Shown: one piece after another, positions 31,557-42,853 of the stretch
How the letters are laid out: each line of letters begins with the position of its first letter
Position numbering within the stretch: the first letter of the stretch is position 1
From: an uncultured Gemmatimonadales bacterium
GTDB taxonomy: Bacteria; Gemmatimonadota; Gemmatimonadetes; Longimicrobiales; Gaopeijiaceae
Assembly (NCBI GenBank): GCA_963823035.1
Contig: CAWGKG010000020.1
Span: forward strand, 340,261-404,260
Reading direction: 5' to 3'
DNA: 64,000 bases
Made by a program: the position numbers and the translations under genes
The notes under the pieces: generated by a model
What the model was told of the DNA's origin: nothing
Databases searched by the model: none
The model's input: the letters and a program-made list of their open reading frames with translations, nothing else

Positions 31557-32538
31557 TTGGGCGCGATCCGCGATTTCATGGACAAGCACTACCTCCATTT
31601 CAACGCCCGCGAGACCGTGTGGGCGGCGCGTGCGTACGAGGATCACCTCGCGCGCGGCGGCAAGATGATGGTGACGCTGGCCGGCGCGATGTCCACCGGA
31701 GAGCTCGGCGTGATCCTGGCGCGCATGATCCGCGCGGGTAAGGTGCACGCCATCTCCTGCACGGGCGCGAACCTCGAGGAGGACGTCTTCAACCTCCTGG
31801 CCAACAAGGAGTACGAGATCATCCCGTCGTGGCGCGAGCTGTCGGTCGCGGACGAGGTGGCCCTGTACGAGCGCGGGATGAACCGGGTCACGGACACGTG
31901 CATCCCCGAGACGATCATGCGGCACCTCGAGAAGCGGCTGGTGAAGCAGTGGTCGGACGCGGCGGCGGCGGGCGAGCGCTACACGCCGGCCGAGTACCTC
32001 TTCCGGGTGCTCGGCGACCCGACGCTCGAGCAGCACTACCAGATCGACCCGGCGAACTCGTGGATGCTCGCCGCGAAGGAGATGGGCGTTCCCGTGTGGG
32101 CACCGGGGTGGGAGGACTCCACGACCGGCAACATCTTCTCGGCCAACGTGATGATGGGGAACGTCGCGCACCACACGTGCGTGAAGACCGGCACCGAGCA
32201 GTTCCAGGAGCTCATCGAGTGGTACATCGCCCACCACGGAGCCGAGGAGGGACGGCCGTCCGTGGGCTTCTTCCAGATCGGCGGCGGCATCGCCGGCGAC
32301 TTCGCGATCTGTGCCGTGCCGTGCATGATCCAGGACCTGCAGGATGGAGGTCCCCTTCTGGGGCTACTTCGCGCAGATCACGGACGCGCAGCCCTCCTAC
32401 GGCGGCTACTCGGGCGCGCCGGCCAACGAGAAGATCACCTGGGGCAAGCTCGAGGGCGCGGATACGCCGCGCTTCAACATCAACTCCGACGCGATGATCG
32501 TCGCGCCGCTCATCTTCGCGTACGTGCTGGGCGACTGA
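31557..32538 (+). CDS. Deoxyhypusine synthase family protein (frameshift ~32343)
   Basis: TLAGAMST, CTGANLEED, QIGGG, YGGYSGAPANEKITWGK, SDA.IVAPL. Confidence 0.9.
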
Positions 32539-32598
32539 GGCGGGAGCGCCTGAAGCAACCCGCGTGAACTCGGCTGCGGCTGGCCGGTATACGTCTGC

Positions 32599-32940
32599 AT
32601 GCCTCCCGCGAGACAGGGTGCCGACACCGACCGCGACGTCCTCGCGTACGCCGCGGCATGGCGTGCGCGCGGACTCGGTGTGGCGCTCGCCACGGTCGTG
32701 CGCACGTGGGGTTCGGCCCCGCGTGAGGCCGGAAGCCACATGGCGGTCGCCGAGAACGGAGACTTCTGTGGATCCGTCTCGGGGGGATGCGTCGAGAACG
32801 CCGTCGTGGAGGCCGCCTCCGAGGTGATCCGCTCGGGGGAGGCGCGGAGCGTCTCGTTCGGCGTCACCAACGAGATGGCCTGGGAGGTGGGGCTCGCCTG
32901 CGGCGGCAAGATCGCGATCTGGCTGGAGCGGATCGCATGA
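32599..32940 (+). CDS. XdhC/CoxI-domain protein (stand-alone N-terminal module)
   Basis: LATVVRTWGSAPR, GSVSGGCVE, GLACGG. Confidence 0.88.
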   Translation: MPPARQGADTDRDVLAYAAAWRARGLGVALATVVRTWGSAPREAGSHMAVAENGDFCGSVSGGCVENAVVEAASEVIRSGEARSVSFGVTNEMAWEVGLACGGKIAIWLERIA

Positions 32941-33635
32941 AGGACGGGCTGCTCGCCGATCTGGTCCGCGCCCTCGACCAGAAGCGTGCGGTCGTGCTGG
33001 GCACGCGCATACCGGGGGGGCAGCAGGCGCTGCTCTTCCCGATGGAAGCCGACACGCCGGAGCCCGAGGGATGGCCGCTGGAAGCCGCCCGCCAGGCGCT
33101 TCTCGACGACCGCGCGACCACGCTTGCCGAGGGGGAGGGCGCCGTCTTCCTGCGACCCTACAACCCTCCCGTGCGCATGGTGGTGGTCGGCGCGGTGCAC
33201 ATCGCCGCCCCCCTGACCGTCATGGCCACCGCGGCGGGCTTCGAGGTGCACGTGGTCGATCCGCGCGCGGCGTGGGCCACGGACGCGCGCTTCCCCGACG
33301 TCCACCTCGTGCGATCGTGGCCGCAGGAGGCGTTCGCCGAGCTTCGCCTGGATCACCGCACGGCGGTCGTAGCCCTCACGCACGACGCCAAGCTCGACGA
33401 CCCGGCGCTCCTGGGCGCGATGGCGAGCCCCTGCTTCTACGTCGGTGCGCTGGGCAGCCGGAAGACGCACGCAAGGCGGCTCGAGCGACTTCGTGAAGCC
33501 GGCGTGGACGAGGCCGGCGTTGCGCGTATCCACGCACCCATCGGTCTGGACATCGGCGCCCGCACGCCCGCCGAGATCGCGGTCGCGATCCTCGCGGAGG
33601 TCGTGGCCCGCCTGCGCGGAGGGGCTGCGGCATGA
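32937..33635 (+). CDS. XdhC/CoxF C-terminal (Rossmann) protein
   Basis: VVVGAVHIA, THDAKLDD, YVGALGSRK, PIGLDIGARTPAEIA; ATGA overlap. Confidence 0.88.
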   Translation: MKDGLLADLVRALDQKRAVVLGTRIPGGQQALLFPMEADTPEPEGWPLEAARQALLDDRATTLAEGEGAVFLRPYNPPVRMVVVGAVHIAAPLTVMATAAGFEVHVVDPRAAWATDARFPDVHLVRSWPQEAFAELRLDHRTAVVALTHDAKLDDPALLGAMASPCFYVGALGSRKTHARRLERLREAGVDEAGVARIHAPIGLDIGARTPAEIAVAILAEVVARLRGGAAA

Positions 33636-34249
33636 GCGGCGGGCTCGCCGCCGCGCGCATCGCCGGGGTCGTGCTTGCGGCCGGCCGCTCCATCCGCATG
33701 GGGGACGCGAACAAGCTTCTTGCCCGCGTGGGCGGCGTGCCGATGGTTCGGCGCGTGGTCGAGACGGCGATCGGGGCGGCGCTCGATCCCGTCGTGGTCG
33801 TCCTGGGTCACGAGGCGGCCGCGGTGCGCCGGGGCCTGGGCGGGCTTCCCGTCCGCTTCGCCGTCAACGACCGGTACGCCGACGGCATCGGCACCTCGGT
33901 CGGGGCCGGGATCCGGGCGATCGCAGGGGAGGCGGAAGGCGCGATGGTCCTTCTCGGTGACATGCCCTGGATCTCCGCCGCAGACCTGAGGGCGCTCACC
34001 GAGGCTTTCGCGCCCGATCTCGGACGCGGGATCTGCGCCCCCGTGGTGAACGGACGGCGTGGGAACCCCGTGCTCTGGGGCGAGCGATGGTTCGATGCGT
34101 TGCAGCGACTGGAGGGCGACGTCGGCGCGCGTGGGCTCCTGACCGAGCACTCCGGCGAGGTGTTTCCCGTGTGCCTCGACGGTGAGCGTGTGTTCCGCGA
34201 CGTCGACACGCCCGCGGCCCTGGAAGCCTCGTTGGTGGAAGAGGGATAG
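33632..34249 (+). CDS. mocA: Molybdenum cofactor cytidylyltransferase (MocA-like)
   Basis: LAAGRSIRMG..NKLL, LGDMP, GNPVLW, GDVGAR, DVDTP; cox context. Confidence 0.8.
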   Translation: MSGGLAAARIAGVVLAAGRSIRMGDANKLLARVGGVPMVRRVVETAIGAALDPVVVVLGHEAAAVRRGLGGLPVRFAVNDRYADGIGTSVGAGIRAIAGEAEGAMVLLGDMPWISAADLRALTEAFAPDLGRGICAPVVNGRRGNPVLWGERWFDALQRLEGDVGARGLLTEHSGEVFPVCLDGERVFRDVDTPAALEASLVEEG

Positions 34250-34254
34250 GGAAC

Positions 34255-35130
34255 GTGTTCGAATCCACGGATGCGACGCGCGCCTCGCTGGCGGACCACG
34301 ACTACTTCGCCGACCCCGGGCTGGCCACGAGTCTCTTTCTTGCGCTGCGCATGGAGAAGGCGCTCTTCCTCGAAGGCGAGCCGGGCGTCGGAAAGACGGA
34401 GGTGGCGCTGGTCCTGTCCCGATTGCTCGACACACCCCTCATCCGCCTGCAGTGCTACGAGGGGCTGGACGTCACGCACGCCGTGTACGAATGGAACTAT
34501 CCGCGCCAGCTCATCGAAATCCAGGCGCGGGGCGGGGGGGACGTGCAGGACATCTTCTCGGAGGCGTTTCTCCTGCGCCGGCCCCTCCTCCAGGCGATCG
34601 ACCGTAGCCGGGACCGGGCCCCCGTCCTCCTCATCGACGAGCTGGATCGCGCCGACGAGGAGTTCGAGTCCTTCCTCCTCGAGCTCCTGGGCGACTTCCA
34701 GATCACGGTTCCGGAGCTGGGCACCTTCCGGGCCGAGCATCCCCCGGTGACGATCATCACGTCCAACCGGACGCGGGAGATCCACGACGCGCTCAAGCGC
34801 CGATGTATCTACCACTGGATCGAATACCCGTCGTCGGAGCAGGAGCTGGCGATCGTGCGCAGGAAGGTCCCCGAGGCGGAGGACGGGTTGGCGAGACAGG
34901 TGGTGGCGTTCGTCCAGCGGTTGCGTGAGGAGGACCTCTACAAGCTCCCCGGCGTGGCCGAGTCCCTGGACTGGGCGCGCGCCCTCACCCACCTGTCCAC
35001 GCGCCGGTTGGACGGGGAGGTCGTCGACCGCACCCTCGGCCTGCTGCTGAAGTACCAGGACGATGTGGATCTCATTCGTGGCCAGCGCGCCGCGGCCGTC
35101 CTGGCCGACGCGGAGGCTGCCTCGGCGTGA
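34255..35130 (+). CDS. coxD: MoxR AAA+ ATPase, CoxD
   Basis: LEGEPGVGKT, RLQCYEG, YEWNY, LLIDELDR, HDALKRRC. Confidence 0.9.
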   Translation: MFESTDATRASLADHDYFADPGLATSLFLALRMEKALFLEGEPGVGKTEVALVLSRLLDTPLIRLQCYEGLDVTHAVYEWNYPRQLIEIQARGGGDVQDIFSEAFLLRRPLLQAIDRSRDRAPVLLIDELDRADEEFESFLLELLGDFQITVPELGTFRAEHPPVTIITSNRTREIHDALKRRCIYHWIEYPSSEQELAIVRRKVPEAEDGLARQVVAFVQRLREEDLYKLPGVAESLDWARALTHLSTRRLDGEVVDRTLGLLLKYQDDVDLIRGQRAAAVLADAEAASA

Positions 35131-36429
35131 GCGGCTCCGGTGGCGCGAACGGGTCCCCGCTCGACCTGCCCTCCGGGGATCCGAGCGGCCTCCGGCTCCT
35201 GGAGAACCTGGTTGGCTTCGGCGCGACGCTCCGGCGCGTGGGCCTCCCGGTCACGCCCGCGCAGACCGCCGACCTCGCGCGCGCGCTCGGGTGGGTGGAT
35301 CTGGGCGACCGGGACGAGGTCTTCCGCACCGCCCGCGCCGTCCTGGTAGACGCGCCGGGAGGACCTGGTGCTCTTCGAGACCGCCTTCAACCGCTTCTGG
35401 CGTTTGCCCGACGACGTGGGTCCACGGGCTCGGCGACGTCCTCCCGCGCCCAGGGACCGTGTCCGGCAGGAGCGCTTCACGATCGCCACCTTCGCGGCGT
35501 TCAAGGCGAGGGCGGACATGGAGGAGCGCGACGTGCGGGACCGGAGCGGGACGTACAGCGACGAGGAGGTCCTCCAGCGCAAGCGTTTCGCGGAGATGAC
35601 GCCGGAGGAGCTCGAGGCGCGCGCAGGCTGCTCGCCGGCTCCGATGGTCGGCGGCGGATGCGCACGACGCGTCGCTACGCGGCGCACCCCTCCGGACGGG
35701 CGGTCGACTTCCGCCGGCTTCTGCGGCAGGCCGGCCGCCTCGGCGCGATCCCCGCTACGCTCCCGATGCGTCGACGCGTGGAGAAGCCGCGGCCCGTCAT
35801 CCTCCTGGCCGACATCTCCGGCTCCATGGAGCGCTACGCACGACTCGTGCTCCACTTCTTCCACGCCATGGTCCGCACGCTGCCCCGGGTCGAGACGTTC
35901 GTGTTCGGGACGCGGCTCTCGCGCATCACCGCGCAGCTCCGGCTGCGCAATGTGGACCGCGCCGATCGACGAGGCGGCCGCGGAGGTGGCGGACTGGGCC
36001 GGCGGGACGCGTATCGGCGCCTGCCTGGGCACGTTCAACCGCGTGTGGAGCCGACGGATGCTGCGCCGTGGCGCCGTCGTGGTCGTGGTGAGTGACGGCT
36101 GCGACCGGGGCGACGCCGAGGAGCTCGCCATGGAGATGCGCTGGCTGCAGCGACGCTGTCATCGCCTCGTGTGGCTCAACCCCCACGCCGGGCACGCGGA
36201 CTACGCGCCGCGCGCTGCGGGGATGAAGGCCGCGCTTCCCTGGATCGACGATTTCCTCCCCATCCGCGACCTGCGCTCCATGGCCGAGCTCGCCGAGACC
36301 CTCGCACGTCTGAGACGGTCCGGGCGTGGGGGCCGCGCTGGACATTCCTCGTGGCTTGGCATAAAACGAGAATCCGATCGCGGCTCGGATGGCGAATCCG
36401 ATGCGACCCCCAGGGAGCATGCCCGATGA
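35127..36429 (+). CDS. coxE: vWA domain protein CoxE (frameshifted)
   Basis: DISGSMERY, FVFGTRL, WAGGTRIG, SDG, VWLNP. Confidence 0.88.
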
Positions 36430-37099
36430 AAGTGAGCGGCGAATACCTCTTCGACGGCCCGCAACAGCTGGTGTGGGAAACCCTCCTCGATCCGGAGGTC
36501 CTGGCGAGCGTCCTACCCGGATGCGAGAAGCTCGATCTCGTCGGTGAGAACGAGTACGAGGGGGCCCTCAAGATCAAGGTGGGCCCCGTGCAGGGGCAGT
36601 TCATGGGAAAGGTGAAGCTCGAGGACATCCGGCCCCCGAACGCCTACACCATGCAGGTCGATGGGCGCGGCGCGCCCGGTTTCGTCAAGGCGACGGGCCA
36701 CCTCGCACTGGAGGCAGCCGGCGCGCAGACGAAGGTGACCTACGAGGGCGACGCGCAGGTGGGCGGCCGCCTCGCGAGCGTGGGCCAGCGCCTGATGGAG
36801 AGCTCGGCCAAGGCCATCATCAAACAGAGCCTCGATGGCCTGAACGTCTCCGTGAAGGAACGGGGTGCGGCCGCCGACGCCGGGGCGCAGGCCCCCGCTC
36901 CCCCGAAGGCGAAGCCCCCGTCCGCAGACGGAGTTCGCGGCGAACGTCGCCCGGGAGGTGGCGAAGAGACCTCTTTCCGCCCTGGGTGCGGTACACCGCC
37001 ATGGCGATCGCGATCATGTGCGTGGTGGTCGCGGTCCTCTATGCCCTGATAGACCTGAGATGCGATTCCCCCAGGGAGCGTGCGACGGCGCTCCGATAA
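36426..37099 (+). CDS. coxG: CoxG (SRPBCC) with C-terminal TM anchor (frameshifted near the 3' end)
   Basis: LLDPEVLASVLPGCE, KVGPV, GGRLASVGQRL; hydrophobic tail MAIAIMCVVVAVLYALI. Confidence 0.85.
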
Positions 37100-37147
37100 C
37101 CTACAGACCCGACCCGGCCCGTCTGCCCCGCGAAGGAGGAGGTCCGA

Positions 37148-38032
37148 TTGATTCCACGGAGAATTCGACTACCACGTGCCGTCCACGGTGGACGAGGCCG
37201 TGTCGCTGCTCGGAACGTCTCGGCGAGGACGCGAAGGTACTCGCCGGGTGGCCACAGCCTGGTGCCCGGCCATGCGGTTCCGGCTGGCCCTGCCCGCAGC
37301 ATCTCGTGGACATCAACCGTATCGAGGGGCTCGACCACATCCGTGAGGAGGGCGGCGCCCTGGCCATCGGGGCGATGACGCGTGAGGACGAGATCGAGCG
37401 CTCCCGCGACGTCGCGGAGCGCTATCCGCTCCTCGCCGACGCCGCCCGCGTCATCGCGGACCCGCTGGTGCGCAACCGTGCGACGGTGGGCGGGAACCTC
37501 GCACACGCCGACCCGGCCAACGACCATCCGGCCGTCATGCTGGCCTACGGCGCCACCATGGTGGCACAGGGTCCGGATGGCCGCGCGAGATCCACGACGG
37601 ACGACTTCTTCAGTGGGTCTCTTCGAGAACGCCATGCAGCCCAACGAGATCCTGGTGGAGGTGCGTATCCCCGCGCCGGGTGCGGGTTCCGGCGGCGCCT
37701 ACGAGAAGTTCGAGCGCAAGGTGGGCGACTATGCCGTCTCCGCGGCGGCGGTCCAGCTCACGATGAGACGGCGGTACCTGCACGGCCGGCACGGATCGGC
37801 CTCACCAACGTGAGCGCGGTGCCCGATGCGCGCCACCAGCGCCGAAGCGGCGCTCGTGGGGAAGGAACCCACCGACGACGTCATCGAGGCGGCCGGGCAG
37901 GCCGCGGCCGGGGAGTGCGATCCCTCGGGTGACCTGAGGGGATCGTCGAGCTCTACAAGCGCGACGTCACCAGGGTGCTGGTCAAGCGCGCCATCCGCAG
38001 GGCGGTTCGGCGGGCCACGGGAGGTGCGATGA
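37148..38032 (+). CDS. coxM: CO dehydrogenase medium (FAD) subunit, multiple frameshifts
   Basis: FDYHVP, IADPLVRNRATVGGNLAHADPAND, YEKFERKVGDYA. Confidence 0.88.
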
Positions 38033-38545
38033 GCATGAGCAGCGAGCACACGATCACGGTCACCGTGAACGGAGAACGACCCGGTACACGAAGCGAGGTG
38101 GACGCCGCGTACGCTGCTCGTCCATTTCATCCGTGAGGACCTGTCGCTCACCGGGACGCACATCGGCTGCGACACGACGAGCTGCGGCGCGTGCACGGTC
38201 CACCTGGACGGCGTCGGCCGTGAAGAGTTGCACGGTGTTCGCCGTGCAGGCGGACGGCGCCTCGAGATGGAGACGGTGGAGAGCCTGGCGAAGGGCGCTG
38301 AGCTCCATCCCCTGCAGGAGGGCTTCTGGGAGAAGCACGGCCTCCAGTGCGGCTACTGCACGCCCGGAATGCTCATGACCGCCAAGGAGCTGCTGCGACC
38401 ACAACCCCGATCCCTCGGAGGAGGACATCCGGTTGGGGGATCTCCGGCAACCTCTGCCGGTGCACCGGCTACAACAAGATCGTCGAGGCCATCGAAATAC
38501 GCCGCCGAGAAGATGCGCGCGCCCAAAGAGGAGGCGGCCGTGATG
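38029..38545 (+). CDS. coxS: CO dehydrogenase small (2Fe-2S) subunit, multiple frameshifts
   Basis: [16 protein letters not shown] (manual translation), [21 protein letters not shown]. Confidence 0.9.
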
Positions 38546-41002
38546 ACGACCCAGGTCGATGATCGCGTCCAGAAGATGCACCCCGTGCCCGAGGGTGCGT
38601 CCGCGCAGGTGGAGACGACCGAGCGAGATCCGGGTCCGCACCCCCGAGAAGGTCTGCGGCATGGGGCACCGCATGAAGCGGAAGGAGGACCCCGCTTCAT
38701 CCGCGGCCAGGGCCGTTACGTGGACGACGTGAAGCTCCCCGGGCATGCTCTACATGGACATTGTGAGGAGCCCGTACGCGCACGCGAAGATCCTGAGCAT
38801 CGACGCCGAGCGAGGCGCTCGCCACTCGCCGGGCGTGCTCGCGGTCATCACGGGGAAGGACCTGCAGGCCGCCGGCGAACCTCCACTGGATGCCGACGCT
38901 CATGTCGGACACGCAGATGGTGCTCCCCATCGACAAGGTCGTGTATTTCGCGCAGGAGGTGTGCGCGGTCGTCGCGACGGAGCGCTACATCGCGGCCGAC
39001 GCGATCGAAAAGGTCTTCGTGGACTACGAGCCGCTCGACGCCGGTGGTGGACCCCTTCGAGGCCATGAAGGACGAGGTGATCGTCCGGGACGACAAGGAG
39101 AAGAAGACCAACCACATCTGGCACTGGGAGGCCGGGGACGCGGAGGCCACGGACGAGGTGTTCGCCGAGGCGGCGACGGTCGTGAGGGAGAAGATGCACA
39201 TCCCGCGCATCCACGTGGCGTCGATCGAGACGTGCGGGATGGTGGCGAACTACGACGCCGACCATGGGGAAGATGCAGCTCTACATGACGACCCAGGCAC
39301 CGCACGCGATCCGCACCGTGTTCGCGCTGGTGAGCGGGCTGCCCGAGCAGAAGATCCAGGTCATTTCGCCGGACATCGGTGGCGGCTTCGGAGGCAAGGT
39401 GCCCGTGTATCCGGGCTACGTGGTGTGCGCCGTGGCGAGCCTCGTGACCGGCAAGCCGGTGAAGTGGATCGAGGACCGGAGCGAGAACCTCCAGGCCGAC
39501 AGCTTCGCGCGCGACTACTGGATCGAGGCCGAGATGGCCGCCGACGAGAACGGGAAGATCACGGGGCTGCGCGTGAAGACGCTGGCCGACCACGGCGCGG
39601 CGGACGCGGCGGCCAATCCGTCGAAGTTCCCGGCGGGGCTCTACAGCATCTGCACCGGCTCCTACGACATGAAGGCGGCCCATGTCGCAGGTCGACGGCG
39701 TCTACACGAACAAGCCGCCGGGAGGCGTGGCCTACCGCTGCTCGTTCCGCGTCACCGAGGCGGTGCACATGGTCGAGCGGCATGACCGACATCATGGCGC
39801 ACGAGCTCGGCGAGGACCCGGCGGACTTCCGCATGAAGAATTTCATCCGGCCCGACCAGTTCCCCTACAAGTCGCCCGACCGCCTGGGAGTACGACTCCG
39901 GGCAACTACGCGGCCGCGCTCCAGAAGGCGATGCAGATGATCGACTACGCGCGGGCTGCGGAAGGAGCAGGCGGAGAAACGCGACCGCGGTGAGCTGATG
40001 GGGATCGGCATCTCGAGCTTCACCGAGGTGGTGGGTGCCGGGACACTCGCGGGACTTCGACATCCTCGGCATCAAGATGTTCGACTCGGCCGAGATCCGG
40101 ATCCATCCGACCGGGAAGGCGATCGCCCGCTTCGGCACGAAGTCGCAGGGCCAGGGGCACGAGACCACGTACGCGCAGATCATCGCCGAGGAGCTGGGCA
40201 TCCCCGCCGCGGACGTGGAGGTCGAGGAGGGCGACACCGACACCGCGCCGTACGGTCTGGGTACGTACGCGAGCCGCTCCACGCCCACGGCGGGCGCTGC
40301 CGGCGCGATGGCCGCGCGGAAGATCAAGGCGAAGGCCCGCAAGATCGCCGCGCTACCTGCTCGAGGTAGGCGAGGACGACCTGGAGTGGAACGTGGACCG
40401 CTGGCAGGTGAAGGGCTCGCCCGACCAGGCACAAGACGATCCAGGACATCGCCTTCGCGGCCTACACCAACCACCCGTACGGAATGGAGGCGGGGCTGGA
40501 GGCCACGGACTACTACGACCCGCCGAACATGACCTTCCCTTTCGGCAGCTACATCGCCGTTGTGGACATCGACAAGGGGACGGGCGAGCGTGAAGGTGCG
40601 CCGCTTCGTCGCGATCGACGACTGCGGGCACATCATCAACCCGCTGGTGGTGGAGGGGCAGGTGCACGGCGGCCTGACACAGGGCCTCGCGCCGGCGCTC
40701 TTCGAGGAGATCGTCTACGACGAGAACGGCCAGAACCTCACCGGGCACGTTCGCGGACTACCTCCTGCCGACGGCCGTGGAGATCACCGAAGTGGGAGAC
40801 GGGCCACACGATCACGCCGTCCCCGCACCACCCGCTCGGCGCCAAGGGGGTGGGCGAGTCGCCCACGGTGGGCGCGCCGCCGGCCATCGCCAACGCGGTG
40901 GTCGACGCGCTCTGGCACCTGGGCGTACGCCACATCGACATCCCGATCACGCCGGAGCGGGTGTGGAAGGCGCTGCGGGACGCGGGGGTGAGCGACGACT
41001 GA
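38543..41002 (+). CDS. coxL: Aerobic CO dehydrogenase large subunit, form I, multiple frameshifts
   Basis: DIGGGFGGK; active-site AYRCSFR at 39730-39750; [26 protein letters not shown]; coxMSL order. Confidence 0.93.
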
Positions 41003-41080
41003 GACCCTGCGGGGTCGGGGGCACGGGGTCGGGCGCCGCCGGCGTCCGGCCTCCGCCCCTTTCAGGGAGGCGCGACGCGC

Positions 41081-42071
41081 ATGTTCGACGAGTTCTTCGG
41101 GAAGGCCCACGAGTTGACGGGCGGCGGGCGTGCCGTTCGCGACCGCGCTGGTCGTGCGTGCGGAGACGCCCCACGTCGGGGAAGCCCGGCGACCGCGCCA
41201 TCGTCACGCTGGACGGCACGATGTACGGGTGGATCGGGGGAGCTGCGCGCAGCCCACCGTGATCCGGGAGGCGGCGCGCGCGCTCGTCGACGGCAAACCG
41301 CGCCTGATCCGCCTCTCGCCGGACCCGGGCGCGCGGCCCGTGCCGGAGGGCGTCGAGGAAGTCAAACCCATGACCTGCTTCAGCGGAGGTACCCTGGACA
41401 TCTTCATCGAGCCCCACCAACCCACGCCCCGTCTCCTCGTGGTGGGGAGCCTTCCGGTGGCCCGGGCCCTGGCGCACCTCGGCAAGGCCATGAGCTACGG
41501 GGTCACGGCGGTGGACCCGACCGGGGGCGGCGCCATGGCGCAAACGCCGACGAGGTGCTGCGCGAGGTGGCGGAGATCCCGAAGCACGTGACGCCGCTCA
41601 CCTTCGCGGTGGTGGCCACGCACGGGGAGTACGACGAGCCCGCGCTCGTGGCGCTCCTGGGGACGGCCGTCCCCTACGTGGGGCTGGTCGCGAGCCGCAC
41701 GCGCGGTGAGGCCGTGCTGGAGACGCTCGCACGGGACGGCGTGGACGAGGCGGCCCGCAAGCGGGTGCGCTTTCCCGCGGGGCTGGACATCCAGGCCCGT
41801 CGCGGGGACGAGATCGCCGTGTCGATCCTCGCGGAGATCGTCCAGACGCGCCGCGCGCTCGGCGACGTGTCCTGGGAGGAGCCCGATGTCGAGTCCGCGG
41901 AGCCCGAGCCGGAGCCGGAGACGGCGATCGATCCGGTATGCCACATGACCGTGAAGGTCGAGGGCGCCCAGCACACGCACGTGCACGAGGGGAAGACGTA
42001 CGTACTTCTGTTGTGGCGGCTGCCGCTCGCGCTTCGCAGCGGACCCCGAGCAGTACCTCGCGGCGAGCTGA
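41081..42071 (+). CDS. XdhC/CoxF-like maturation protein with C-terminal YHS domain (frameshifted)
   Basis: GWIGG.CAQP, PMTCFSGG, YVGLVASR, PAGLDI; DPVCHMTV...FCCGGC..RF..DPEQY. Confidence 0.85.
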
Positions 42072-42100
42072 GGCCCACGGGGGCCAAGCGACTCCGGGCG

Positions 42101-42853
42101 CTACGCCCCCATCTCGCGCAGCGCCTGGGAGCCGCGGCGGCTCGCCACCAGCGTCGAGCCGTCGTCGAAACGCAGCGAGAGGCGCCGCTCGTCGTAGCGC
42201 CGGATGCTCACGACGTGGGACAGGTTGGCCAGGTGGGCGCGGTGCACCCGCACGAAGTCGGTCGGGTCCAGCCGCGCCTCCAGCTCGGTCAGCGAGCCGT
42301 CCAGGCTGAACGTCCCCGCCGCGGTGACCAGGTCGACCCCGCCCACCACCGCGTCCGCGCGCACGATCTCGGCGACCACCACCGGCACGGTCGCGCCCTT
42401 GTGGCGCGCGAAGAGGCGCCGGGCGAAGCGCCGCCCTTCCGGCGCCACCTCGCGGGAACGGGCCCGTCCTTCACCGACGAGGCGAACCCGAACGCGCTCC
42501 AGCGTCTCCAGCAGCCGGTCCCTGCCGAAGGGCTTCACCAGGTAGTCCACGGCACCCAGGTCGAAGGCGGGAATCGCGTACTCGTCGAACGCCGTCGTGA
42601 ACACGACGGCTGGCTGGTGCTCCACGGCCTGCAGCACGTCGACGCCGCTCATCCCGGGCATGCGCACGTCCATGAACACCAGGTCGGGCTCCAGCTTGTG
42701 GATGAGACGGAGCGCCTCCCTGCCGTCACGCGCCTCGCCCACCAGATCGATCCAGTCGACGTCCCGCAGGTACTCGCGGATGGCCCGCACCGCCAGCGGC
42801 TCGTCCTCGCAGATGAGCGCGCGGATCGTGCCCAGGCCGTCGGTCCCGGTCAC
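42101..42853 (-). CDS. LytTR-family response regulator
   Basis: EDEPLA, FMDVRMP, FTTAFDEYA, DYLVKP, FVRVHR. Confidence 0.93.
   Translation of the reverse strand: MTGTDGLGTIRALICEDEPLAVRAIREYLRDVDWIDLVGEARDGREALRLIHKLEPDLVFMDVRMPGMSGVDVLQAVEHQPAVVFTTAFDEYAIPAFDLGAVDYLVKPFGRDRLLETLERVRVRLVGEGRARSREVAPEGRRFARRLFARHKGATVPVVVAEIVRADAVVGGVDLVTAAGTFSLDGSLTELEARLDPTDFVRVHRAHLANLSHVVSIRRYDERRLSLRFDDGSTLVASRRGSQALREMGA

Noticed and set aside
32930..32945. Split XdhC as an assembly frameshift
   Set aside because: A clean ATGA stop/start overlap indicates two genuine coupled genes
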